A stretch of 64,000 nucleotides of DNA from a virus: positions 32,001 to 96,000 of the IMG/VR virus record IMGVR_UViG_3300037797_000117; one strand, given 5' to 3'. Positions within the stretch are counted from its first letter, which is position 1, and each line of letters starts with the position of its first letter. The notes below the pieces were generated by a model. That model ran no database searches. It saw only the letters and a program-made list of their open reading frames with translations, and was not told the DNA's origin. The position numbers and the translations under genes were made by a program. Shown here in pieces: positions 55,301-63,819 of the stretch.

Positions 55301-55896
55301 CCGCCGTCCCGGCCGAGCTACGCCCGTACCGTGTCGTCGACCGGTACCAGCGTGGGTGGCTGACTGCGGTGGATCCGTGCACGACCTACCCGCCGATCGG
55401 TGGTAGCCGGGTGTGGACGTTGGCCGCGTTGGAGGAATGCCGGGCGCCGCTACGCCCGGTCGTGGCCGCGCCCACTACCGACCGGGACGCCCTGGTGGCC
55501 ATCCTGGCCGAGGCGGGCCGCGACGCGGTGTCCACGGTGGCGGCGGCCCTGTACCGGGTGGCCCGCGCTTGTTACACCGCGGACGGGCACGACGCGCGGA
55601 TGGTGGCCGGGCGGCCCGGGTCGTGGGAAAGCATGCTGCTGCCCCGGGTGGCGTGGGAGATCGGTATCGACATTGCCGGGCGCCGGGTTCACCCGCGGGC
55701 GTTGGCGGTGTGTGAGCGGACCATCCATTCGTGGGTGTTCACCGCAGAGTGGTATGTCGAGGTTGCCGAGAACCTGGCGTCGGTGCTGGGGGAGGTGGTC
55801 ACGGTGCGGGGTGGCTATCCGAAGGTGTGTGATCAGTGGATTCGTCAGCATGCCCTGGCTGACCGGGTGGAGGCGTGGGTGACGTCGACGGTGTGA
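55297..55896 (+). CDS. Hypothetical protein
   Basis: Coupled; AGRPGSWES motif. Confidence 0.6.
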   Translation: MTAVPAELRPYRVVDRYQRGWLTAVDPCTTYPPIGGSRVWTLAALEECRAPLRPVVAAPTTDRDALVAILAEAGRDAVSTVAAALYRVARACYTADGHDARMVAGRPGSWESMLLPRVAWEIGIDIAGRRVHPRALAVCERTIHSWVFTAEWYVEVAENLASVLGEVVTVRGGYPKVCDQWIRQHALADRVEAWVTSTV

Positions 55897-55927
55897 CACC
55901 TGGCATGCCACACCGCACCGGCCGGTC

Positions 55928-55956
55928 TTGCCCCGTACCCAGGGTACGGATACTCT
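55928..55956 (+). promoter_or_regulatory. Regulon promoter/operator copy 16 (perfect palindrome)
   Basis: TTGCCC-cgtacccagggtacgga-TACTCT. Confidence 0.85.
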
Positions 55957-56021
55957 GGGTGTTTGTAGTTGCCGAACCCGTTTCCCCACGGACCCATTCC
56001 ATACCCATCGAAGGACCGCCC

Positions 56022-58043
56022 ATGGCCAGCAAAACCGGCTACGTCAACTCCGGACAGTTCTGCACCATCGGAGATGTCGGCGTCACCCGCGCCGGTACCC
56101 GCCTGGAATGTATCGCCGTCGACGGTAAACGTGCCCGCATGCGTATGCCCGCCGGCGAAACCGCCAAGTCGAAAATCCGCAAGCGGGAACGCCGCACCCC
56201 TGCCGACCGGGCCGCCGACGCCCTACGCCCCTCCGAGGTCGGCCACCTGCGCCGCCTCGCCGGCCTGCCCTCCGACCAGGCGAAGATGCGCCGCAAATCC
56301 CAACTCGACAAGCTCCGCACCGCCGGGTTCGTCGACGACCAGGGCGACCTGACCGACGCCGGCCGCGACGCGTTGCGCCGCTGCGGCCAACTCGACGACA
56401 CAACCCCGAAGATCGACCGCTCCGACAACGCCGTCACCGACTGGTCGACCTTCAGCGTGTGCCCGACCTGCGGTGCCGACCTGACCGAGCCGTGCCACGA
56501 CCTGCGCGACCGGGGCAGCCTCAACGCCACCCCGCACGCCGGACGGCCCCACCAGGCCAGCGACACGCTAGCCGAGATCGACCAGCGGGTGGCGGGCAAG
56601 AAGGCCGCGGAAGAGTACCGGCTGGAAAATCACCCGGCCGCGTACGACCTGCGCAACCACCCGGACCGGTTCGTCGGCAAGACCGTTACCGTTACCTCCC
56701 CCAGCTACGGCGGGACGCCGGGAACGACCTACACCGGGGAGCTGGAGTCGGCGCCGTACACCCCGGGAATGTCGCACGTCGTGGTCCGGATCAAAGGCGT
56801 CGACGGCACGGTCCGGTTGGACCCCTCGGCCCCCGTCACCGTCCACGACCGGTCCGCCCAGGCCGGTACCGACTGGTCCCGGTTCGGTATCTGCCCGGCC
56901 TGCACCGCCGCCACCGGCCAGCCGTGCCACGACCTGGGTTCCCCCGGCTCGCTGAACGCGACACCGCACGACGGCCGACCCGCCATCCTGAACCGCGACA
57001 ACGAAGCCGCGGCCGATGTCCGTGCCCGGGACATCGCGGCCGACAAGAAGCTGTCCGACGTCCTGACCCAGGCCGACGAGGACGGCGACCTGACCAACCA
57101 CGACCTGGACAACGCATGCTCGCTGGGCCTGTGGCACACCGGCCCGTGCGTACCGAAGGACGGGCCGGCCCCGCCCGCCGACGACGAGGCCAAGTTCCAG
57201 GCAACCCGCAGCCGGCAGGCCGATATCGACGCCGGCCGGGCCGCGGCCAAGACCGCGGCCGAGGTCGACGAGCTCCGCGCCGAAGGCCACGACGACGTCG
57301 CCCGGCAGCGGCTCACCGACCGGATCGGCCACGACCACCCCAACTGGACTCCTGACCAGGTGAAGAACGAAACCGACCGGATCATGAACGACCCGTGGGC
57401 CGACGCCGCCCAGCACCACACCACCCCGATCGGCGCGGCCGGCGGCACCGAACCCTACGACCCGGCCCGGCACACCGCCATCGGTGACGCCCCCACCGCC
57501 GGCACGCCGGTCACCGTCGTGCGGCCGGGTGCCCAGTGGGGGAGCGGCGACGACACCACCCCGATCGAGAAGGCCCACGTCGCCGACACCGGCCGGCCGG
57601 TACCGGCCCGGCTCGACCCGTCGCTGCCGGTCGAGGACCGTATCCGCGCTGCCTACGACGATCTGAAGAACCGCAAGGACAGCTACGTTCCCGTCGCGGA
57701 CCTGCGGGCGGCCCTGCCCGATGTGCCGAATGACCAGTTCGACGCCACGCTGCGCCGGATGAGTCGCGCCGACGGGGACGCCTACACCGTGCCGGAGTCC
57801 AACCAGAAGGCACTCACCGAGCACCGGCGGGCTGGGGCGCTGTGGATGGGGAATCAGGACAGGCACATCGTTTCCTTCCCGGGTCGTGACTCCGAACCGA
57901 CCGGGGCGTTGGTACAGAGCCCGGGCCAGTGGGATGTCCTGCCTGCCGATGTGGCCGAGCGGGTCCGTGAGTTGTACGGCGATCAGGCGATGCCCAGCCG
58001 TGCGGCGGATACCGGCTCAGCGATGCCGCAGGCCGGTCTGTAA
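56022..58043 (+). CDS. Large multidomain protein with two Zn-finger repeats
   Basis: TDWS.F..CP.C.A....PCHDL...GSLNATPH.GRP twice; wHTH-like segments. Confidence 0.7.
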   Translation: MASKTGYVNSGQFCTIGDVGVTRAGTRLECIAVDGKRARMRMPAGETAKSKIRKRERRTPADRAADALRPSEVGHLRRLAGLPSDQAKMRRKSQLDKLRTAGFVDDQGDLTDAGRDALRRCGQLDDTTPKIDRSDNAVTDWSTFSVCPTCGADLTEPCHDLRDRGSLNATPHAGRPHQASDTLAEIDQRVAGKKAAEEYRLENHPAAYDLRNHPDRFVGKTVTVTSPSYGGTPGTTYTGELESAPYTPGMSHVVVRIKGVDGTVRLDPSAPVTVHDRSAQAGTDWSRFGICPACTAATGQPCHDLGSPGSLNATPHDGRPAILNRDNEAAADVRARDIAADKKLSDVLTQADEDGDLTNHDLDNACSLGLWHTGPCVPKDGPAPPADDEAKFQATRSRQADIDAGRAAAKTAAEVDELRAEGHDDVARQRLTDRIGHDHPNWTPDQVKNETDRIMNDPWADAAQHHTTPIGAAGGTEPYDPARHTAIGDAPTAGTPVTVVRPGAQWGSGDDTTPIEKAHVADTGRPVPARLDPSLPVEDRIRAAYDDLKNRKDSYVPVADLRAALPDVPNDQFDATLRRMSRADGDAYTVPESNQKALTEHRRAGALWMGNQDRHIVSFPGRDSEPTGALVQSPGQWDVLPADVAERVRELYGDQAMPSRAADTGSAMPQAGL

Positions 58044-58147
58044 CCCCCTTCGGTAGACGAACCGATCCCTGACCCGGGCCGCCCCCAGACAGATTGGAGG
58101 TGGCCGGGCCGGGGCCAGCCCCGAACTTCCCAAGGAAAGGATCACCC

Positions 58148-58660
58148 GTGACCGACGTCGAGGCGGCAGTGGCCACGTTCCACCGGTTTCTGGGGCAGCC
58201 CGGACCTGACCGGCCCAGCCTGGAGCAGCACGCGGCCCGCCGCGACCTACGGATCGCCCTCCTCGAAGGGGAGACGGCCGAACTGGTGGCCGCGATCCGG
58301 GCGGGTGACCTGACAGCGATCGCGCACGAGCTCGCCGACCTGGCCATCGCCGTCTACGGAACGGCCCACACGTACGGGCTGCCCCTGAACGAGGTGGTGG
58401 CCGTGGTCCACAGGTCGAACATGACCCGGACCCCGACCGCTTCCGGCAAGGCCGTGAAAGGTGTCGGATACGTGTACCCGGACGTAGGGAAGGTTCTCGA
58501 CGCGGCGGCCGCGCGTCCGGATCAGCGGCCGGCGTTCCGGTTCCCGACCGGCCGGCCCGAGTGGCTGGGGACGTTCCAGGAGTGGCCGTGTGGGAGCTGC
58601 GGGAAGGAGGCGGATGACTCGACGAAGCATTTCTGCCGGCCGACCACCACCCGCCTCTAA
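58148..58660 (+). CDS. MazG-like nucleotide pyrophosphohydrolase
   Basis: LRIALLEGETAEL...AIAHELADL...YGTA...VHRSNMTR. Confidence 0.85.
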   Translation: MTDVEAAVATFHRFLGQPGPDRPSLEQHAARRDLRIALLEGETAELVAAIRAGDLTAIAHELADLAIAVYGTAHTYGLPLNEVVAVVHRSNMTRTPTASGKAVKGVGYVYPDVGKVLDAAAARPDQRPAFRFPTGRPEWLGTFQEWPCGSCGKEADDSTKHFCRPTTTRL

Positions 58661-58662
58661 CA

Positions 58663-58691
58663 TTGTGCCGTACCCCTGAATCGGGTACCGT
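58663..58691 (+). promoter_or_regulatory. Regulon promoter copy 17
   Basis: TTGTGC-cgtacccctgaatcggg-TACCGT. Confidence 0.8.
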
Positions 58692-58733
58692 AGTGGTCGA
58701 ATCTGACCGCCACAACCAAAGGATCTCGCCCTC

Positions 58734-59059
58734 ATGGACACTCTTGACCCCGACATGCGACAGTTCCTGGGCAGGTACCTGGACCAGCGTGCCGACGAAC
58801 GCCGGCAGAACGCCGACCACGCACTGATGGCCATGACCGAACGGGAGCGGGCAATCTTCCGCGAGGCAGCCGTCATGGGCTACGTCCTCGGCGTCCGTTC
58901 CGTCCCGGGCAGCCACAACCAGGAGATGCCGACCGACGGCCGCATCGCCTACTCGACGCCATCATCGGCTCCGGCGTCGCCGACCTGTACCCGGTCATCA
59001 ACCGCATCGCCCGCAAAGCCGCACGCCGGCGTGCCCGCAAGGCCGCCACCAACCCCTGA
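58734..59059 (+). pseudogene. Hypothetical phage gene with apparent frameshift near 58950
   Basis: Protein-like up to ...PTDGRIAY; the -1 frame continues LDAIIGSGVADLYPVINRIAR... to TGA at 59059, just before the next RBS. Confidence 0.5.
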
Positions 59060-59070
59060 GAGGACCTGTT

Positions 59071-59247
59071 ATGCCCAGATGGCTGAAGTGGGGCCTGATC
59101 ATCGGCGGGGTGGTGTGGCTGGCAAGCAACCCCGACACCGCCGTCGATACCGCGGTGTCGATCGCTGAGGGCCTCGGAACCCTGTTCGGCAAGCTCATCG
59201 ACTTCGCCGTCAAGCTGTTCGACGGCGTCGGAGACGCCGCATCGTGA
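59071..59247 (+). CDS. Small membrane protein (58 aa, below the ORF-track cutoff)
   Basis: RBS GAGAGGA; MPRWLKWGLIIGGVVWLASNP... Confidence 0.6.
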   Translation: MPRWLKWGLIIGGVVWLASNPDTAVDTAVSIAEGLGTLFGKLIDFAVKLFDGVGDAAS

Positions 59248-59290
59248 ACTGGGAAGACTGCGCCGCCAATACCGAAGGGAACGGATCACG

Positions 59291-59857
59291 ATGCACTCCG
59301 AACAGCTGAGCCGATGGCTGGACCGGGAGGTGGAGCAGGAACGCAACGCCGACCTGGACCGGCTCCTGGTTGACACGGCCGCCATCCCTGGCGAGGTCCG
59401 CCGGCTGGTGGAAGCCGCCATCCGGTTTGGCCAAAGCAAGATGGCCGGCGACGGCTACCGCCAGGTCTACGACCGGGAAGAAGCCATCGCGAAGCGGCTG
59501 GCCCGCGTCGAAGCGTTCATCCGCTCCCACCGGCCGCCGCAGACCACCACGGCCGGTGTCCCCGACGACCTGGTCGACGCCATCCGCGCCGTCCTCGCCG
59601 ACAATCCCGACTACCGGGGGCGACCCGGCCTGGGCACCAACGCGTTGCGGAGACGGATCAAGCGCCACCACCCCGCCGTGTACGAGTGGCACATCGCTAC
59701 CGAATCGTGGAGCCACTTCAACGACCACGTGCTCAAGTCGCTGGCCGACGCCGGGATCCTGCGGGCCGACCCGGACGTGCGGTCCACCGCCGGGCCGCGC
59801 TGGCTGCTCGGCGGGGACGCTGCGCCGCGAACTGGGACGAAGGGACTTACTCCATGA
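59291..59857 (+). CDS. Hypothetical protein
   Basis: RBS GAAGGGA. Confidence 0.6.
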   Translation: MHSEQLSRWLDREVEQERNADLDRLLVDTAAIPGEVRRLVEAAIRFGQSKMAGDGYRQVYDREEAIAKRLARVEAFIRSHRPPQTTTAGVPDDLVDAIRAVLADNPDYRGRPGLGTNALRRRIKRHHPAVYEWHIATESWSHFNDHVLKSLADAGILRADPDVRSTAGPRWLLGGDAAPRTGTKGLTP

Positions 59858-60036
59858 CCGTTATGACGGAAGACCAGATCAGAGAGTTCGTCGACGACGC
59901 CACGAGTACCCCCGGCGACAGGGCAACCGCGACAGAGATGATCACCGCCCGGTGGCTGAGGGACCAGGCGGCGGCGGCCGAGGAAGCCCGCGACGCGATC
60001 TACGAGGAAGCCCGCGACAGTTGGGACGGAACCTGA
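59854..60036 (+). CDS. Small hypothetical protein
   Basis: ATGA overlap. Confidence 0.55.
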   Translation: MTVMTEDQIREFVDDATSTPGDRATATEMITARWLRDQAAAAEEARDAIYEEARDSWDGT

Positions 60037-60075
60037 CGTACCGGACGCCTTCAACAAACGAGAAAGGCAGACAGA

Positions 60076-60348
60076 ATGACGACCGGCCCGATGCTGTGGA
60101 TCGCCTACGACCCGAGCGTTTTCGACCACGACAAGAACCGCGAGCAGTTCAACGGCAAGGAACCCGCCTGGGGTGAGCCGATGGACGACCACCTCGCCAA
60201 GCAGGGCATCGACGTGCCGCAGGTCGGTGATGAGTTGAACCTGCGGATGGGTGCGCGGACCGTCGTCCAGCGGCGGTTGGAGGCGCCCGAGCGCGACGAC
60301 GACGGGAACAGGGCTACCGACTGGTACTGGACAGTCCTCGTCAGGTAA
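60076..60348 (+). CDS. Hypothetical protein
   Basis: RBS GAAAGG. Confidence 0.6.
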   Translation: MTTGPMLWIAYDPSVFDHDKNREQFNGKEPAWGEPMDDHLAKQGIDVPQVGDELNLRMGARTVVQRRLEAPERDDDGNRATDWYWTVLVR

Positions 60349-60400
60349 TAAGCCCCCCAAAGGGGCGCAACTTTACATAACGGGCATTATCGAACTGTGC

Positions 60401-60428
60401 TTGACTGTCCAGGACTGTCCTGTACAGT
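60401..60428 (+). promoter_or_regulatory. Independent promoter with a GACTGTCC direct repeat
   Basis: TTGACT-N16-TACAGT; GACTGTCC x2; ATG 7 nt after the -10, so probably leaderless. Confidence 0.6.
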
Positions 60429-60435
60429 ATGGGTT

Positions 60436-60840
60436 ATGGCGAAGTACCAGAAGGACAACCGGGTTCGGGTCATCGACCCGGCCGACAGGCGTAAGCGGGT
60501 CAACGGAACGGTGGTCAGCGTGAACGAAGGTCGCGGGCCGCTGGAGTACGTGGTTCTACTGGATGACGAAACGGTGCCGATGGCCTTCGGGCCGTCAGAG
60601 ATCGTTGGGTCAGCCCGGGTAAGTCAGATGACGAAGGCGGAGACGGAGGCGCTGGCCGCGATCAAGGCGGCGGGCACCCTCTACCCGCACAACGGCGTCA
60701 GCATCACGACCGTGGAGGCGTTGGAGCGCAAGGGCCTTGTGGCCGTCACGCGTCGCCCCCCGACTCGGCAGTACGGCACGCTGGGCACTCAGGGTGGCCA
60801 CGGTCGCATGGTCGCTAACTGGTCGGTCACGGCAGCATGA
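60436..60840 (+). CDS. Hypothetical protein (SH3-like N-terminus, wHTH-like C-terminus)
   Basis: KYQKDNRVRV...GTVVSV...YVVLLD; TVEALERKGLV. Confidence 0.6.
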   Translation: MAKYQKDNRVRVIDPADRRKRVNGTVVSVNEGRGPLEYVVLLDDETVPMAFGPSEIVGSARVSQMTKAETEALAAIKAAGTLYPHNGVSITTVEALERKGLVAVTRRPPTRQYGTLGTQGGHGRMVANWSVTAA

Positions 60841-61061
60841 GCCAGCGGCGCAAGACCCCGTACACCAGCATCAGCGTCACGCCCGAGGCAGCCGAAGCTA
60901 TGCGCCGGCTGGCCGTCAGCCTCTCGTCTGCCGTCGGTTTCCGGATCAGCATCTCGGGCGCAGCGCTGGCCGCCGAGAGGCTGACGGCCGGTGTCGACCT
61001 GGCAGCCCAACACGAAGTAATCAAGGACGCCATCGCCCAACCCACCATCAACTTGACATAA
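60837..61061 (+). CDS. Small ribbon-helix-helix-like regulator
   Basis: YTSISVTPEAAEAMRRL...ISISGA pattern; ATGA overlap. Confidence 0.55.
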   Translation: MSQRRKTPYTSISVTPEAAEAMRRLAVSLSSAVGFRISISGAALAAERLTAGVDLAAQHEVIKDAIAQPTINLT

Positions 61062-61089
61062 GAGACATTACCGAACAGGAGGCAGGATC

Positions 61090-61218
61090 ATGGAGAAGTT
61101 TTCAGTCAGGCTGCTACGCGCGCTGGCCGGGCCACCGGACCCGCCGAATCCGTACCCCGGTGACGACGCGCCGTTCTGGCGTCGGCTGCTGTGGGCGTTG
61201 GCCGGAGGCTACCGGTGA
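61090..61218 (+). CDS. Small hypothetical peptide (42 aa)
   Basis: RBS CAGGAGG; RLL.ALAG repeated twice. Confidence 0.4.
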   Translation: MEKFSVRLLRALAGPPDPPNPYPGDDAPFWRRLLWALAGGYR

Positions 61219-61223
61219 CCGAC

Positions 61224-61532
61224 ATGAGTACCGACTTCTGGCTTGGACTCGCCACCATCCCCACCATCGCCGCCGCCGTGCTGCTGGTGGTGAAGGTGCG
61301 CCGGTTCGTCCGGGACCGCATCCAGAACCTTCGCGGCTTCAACCCACGAAGGACCATCCCGCTGGCCGCCCGGCTGGCGGTGGCCCGACGGGCGATCGTC
61401 TGGTCGACACCTCGGGTGGCGGTCGCTGTCGTCGTCGGCACCGACTACGACGCCCACCGGCGGGCCGAAGCGGCGCTACTCGACGTATTCGTGCCGCTGA
61501 CCGATGACGACATTCGTCAAGGGCGGGGCTGA
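61224..61532 (+). CDS. Membrane-anchored hypothetical protein
   Basis: N-terminal TM helix. Confidence 0.55.
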   Translation: MSTDFWLGLATIPTIAAAVLLVVKVRRFVRDRIQNLRGFNPRRTIPLAARLAVARRAIVWSTPRVAVAVVVGTDYDAHRRAEAALLDVFVPLTDDDIRQGRG

Positions 61533-61831
61533 TGGGCGCCGTACCTGCCGAGATCGCCAACGCAGTTCAGCAGCTCGATGACGTAGGCATGCCGGGAATC
61601 GACGGCCGCATCGTCGCCGCGGTCCTCGCGGCTCATCCACACCTGGTGCACGAGGCCCAGGAATGGGGATGGGGTGACACCGAGGTCCGCGACGGTCTGT
61701 TCGTCAGCCTGTGGGCATACCTGACCGGCGGCGACCCTCACGCGCGAGTCGACGAGTCCGAACGAACCGAGCAGATTTACGCGTCCCAGCGTGCCTGGCT
61801 CTCGGCCCGATCGAACGCGGAATCGCCGTGA
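61532..61831 (+). CDS. Hypothetical protein
   Basis: Coupled; WGWGDTEVRD motif. Confidence 0.6.
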   Translation: MGAVPAEIANAVQQLDDVGMPGIDGRIVAAVLAAHPHLVHEAQEWGWGDTEVRDGLFVSLWAYLTGGDPHARVDESERTEQIYASQRAWLSARSNAESP

Positions 61832-62232
61832 CGACCGAGCCTGCCACGGTAGTTGTCGAGGACCGGGCCGCCGACGCCCGGCAACTCGTCAAGCACCTGA
61901 TGGTCATACGGATGGGACACGGCGTGAGCCAGGAAAAGCTCGCGAAACGGGTGGGTGTTTCGCAGCAGGTCCTCAGCTCCTGGGAGCGTGGGGTTTGCCG
62001 ACCTACACGGCGGTCGCTGCGCCGGTGGGCGTTGGCGCTGGGGCAGGAACCGCTACCTGAGCGGCTCCCGGTCCGGGACAAGTGCGGTACCACACCCGGC
62101 TACCAGGTCCACCAGCGGCGCGGCGAGCCCCCGTGTGACCCGTGCACCGATGCGAACACCGAGTTCATGCGGGCGTACCGCGCGGCCCGACGCGGCCTGT
62201 CGACGCGCCCAACCGAGAAAGGCAGATCATGA
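61828..62232 (+). CDS. XRE-family HTH regulator with C-terminal Cys/His motif
   Basis: GVSQEKLAKRVGVSQQVLSSWERG; CGTTPGYQVHQRRGEPPCDPC. Confidence 0.85.
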   Translation: MTTEPATVVVEDRAADARQLVKHLMVIRMGHGVSQEKLAKRVGVSQQVLSSWERGVCRPTRRSLRRWALALGQEPLPERLPVRDKCGTTPGYQVHQRRGEPPCDPCTDANTEFMRAYRAARRGLSTRPTEKGRS

Positions 62233-62891
62233 CAAGCCAGTTTCCACCGACGGACGTGGCGAACTACGGACTGCTGAACCCGGACCAGATCCGGTCTGTG
62301 TTCCGACGCGGCCGCGTCGGGCCACTCTCGCCGGGCGAGCAGATGATCCCCAAGGACGACCAGGGTGCGGTCGTGGTCTACGGCCACCCCGGCGCGAAGA
62401 TCGCCATACATGGCGCGCGCTTCTTCGGCGGCGGTACCGGCGAGGTTTCCGAGGTTCGCAGGGTTTTCCTGCTGTTCACCGAACGGCCGTTCGACGGGCG
62501 CGAAGCACCACCCGGATCCACGGTGTGCTGGACGGTGGTCCCGGCGGGCACATCCGACGCTGTCCCCGCCACGGTGGTCATCTTCGCCGCGGACCGGCCT
62601 GCGGCCGCCGCTGTCAAGCCGGCCGGCCGGGTACCCGACCGGAACGAGGTGAAGGACATCCTCGGCGAAGGGGTCCACACCGGGCTCCGCAAGGCCGTCG
62701 ACAGCTCCGCCGCGTGGCAGACACACCAATGCATCACCAACCTGTCACCGGCCGAATGGGACCGGGTGCTGAACTTCGCCCTCGACGGCCTGGCCGCTGC
62801 GGGCTACCACATCACCAGCGACCCCACCCAGTGCGGAGACTGGCCGGCCCCCTGCAACTGCGACGACCCGCTGCTGCACAACGGGCACTGA
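62229..62891 (+). CDS. Hypothetical protein
   Basis: ATGA overlap; C-terminal PCNCDDP..H. Confidence 0.6.
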   Translation: MTSQFPPTDVANYGLLNPDQIRSVFRRGRVGPLSPGEQMIPKDDQGAVVVYGHPGAKIAIHGARFFGGGTGEVSEVRRVFLLFTERPFDGREAPPGSTVCWTVVPAGTSDAVPATVVIFAADRPAAAAVKPAGRVPDRNEVKDILGEGVHTGLRKAVDSSAAWQTHQCITNLSPAEWDRVLNFALDGLAAAGYHITSDPTQCGDWPAPCNCDDPLLHNGH

Positions 62892-62907
62892 TCGAGAGAC
62901 GTGAACC

Positions 62908-63147
62908 ATGACGTTAACAATCGTTGTCGACGGAGGCGACTGGGTCATCGCCGAAGAGGACTACGACACCAACTACGCGGACGCAGACCCCGACGGTGAC
63001 GGCCCGTTCGAGGCAGACCCCGGCCACTGGTGGGACTTCCACGACGGCTGCGAAGAGGGCGAAGGCTACTTCGACAGCGGCACCGAAACCGGCCGAACCT
63101 ACTGCGGCTGCGGCTTCTGGTACGACCGCTACTACTGGGGGCTGTAA
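62908..63147 (+). CDS. Small acidic hypothetical protein
   Basis: Operon position. Confidence 0.5.
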   Translation: MTLTIVVDGGDWVIAEEDYDTNYADADPDGDGPFEADPGHWWDFHDGCEEGEGYFDSGTETGRTYCGCGFWYDRYYWGL

Positions 63148-63210
63148 CCCGAGCGTTACCGGCTCCCCGACCTGACCGTTTCCCCAAGCGTTGACAGGAG
63201 AACACCCGAC

Positions 63211-63819
63211 GTGAACATCAACAGTCCGACCGCCTACATGACTGACGACCCGGCCGCGGTGGCTGCGTTCCTCGCCGCCTGCGCCGCCCAGGCCGAGTTC
63301 GCCCGGAACGTCCACGCGGCCGCTGCTGCGGTCGGGAAGAACATCGGCGCGATGCGTGCCAAGAGTGTGTTCGGCAACGACGAAACCGTCGGGCTCGGCA
63401 CCGACACCCCCGACGACCGGCCGGCCGGCTGGGTGTACTCCAAGTCGAAGGGGTACCTGGTGCCCGGACGCGGCAAGGCCGGCGATGCTGCGCGTGCCTG
63501 GTTGAAGGCGCACCAGCCGCCGGAGGACATCTACACCTGGACGGTCCTGGCCGGGTTCGGGCTGCCCGCGAACGACATGCTCGGCACGACCTCGGCCGGG
63601 TTCCGGATGGGCCGCCCCTCCGTCGCCTACCACGACGACAAGCTGTGGGCCCTGTACCTGGGCACCCCCGGCCTGTGGTGCGAGTCCAACCCGAAGCCGG
63701 TCACGTGGACGCCGTGCAAGGTGAGCGAGTTCTACATCGCGTTGGAAGCGTCCAAGGAGGCCGCCGCGACCGCGCGGGCCGCCGACACATCTGCCGGCCA
63801 GGAGGTTCCTAGTGCCTGA
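63211..63819 (+). CDS. Hypothetical protein
   Basis: RBS CAGGAG. Confidence 0.65.
   Translation: MNINSPTAYMTDDPAAVAAFLAACAAQAEFARNVHAAAAAVGKNIGAMRAKSVFGNDETVGLGTDTPDDRPAGWVYSKSKGYLVPGRGKAGDAARAWLKAHQPPEDIYTWTVLAGFGLPANDMLGTTSAGFRMGRPSVAYHDDKLWALYLGTPGLWCESNPKPVTWTPCKVSEFYIALEASKEAAATARAADTSAGQEVPSA

Noticed and set aside
17299-58691. The repeated 30-bp motif as a CRISPR array or integron attC sites
   Set aside because: Copies are hundreds to thousands of bp apart, degenerate, and fit -35/-10 geometry; no cas operon or integron integrase is present
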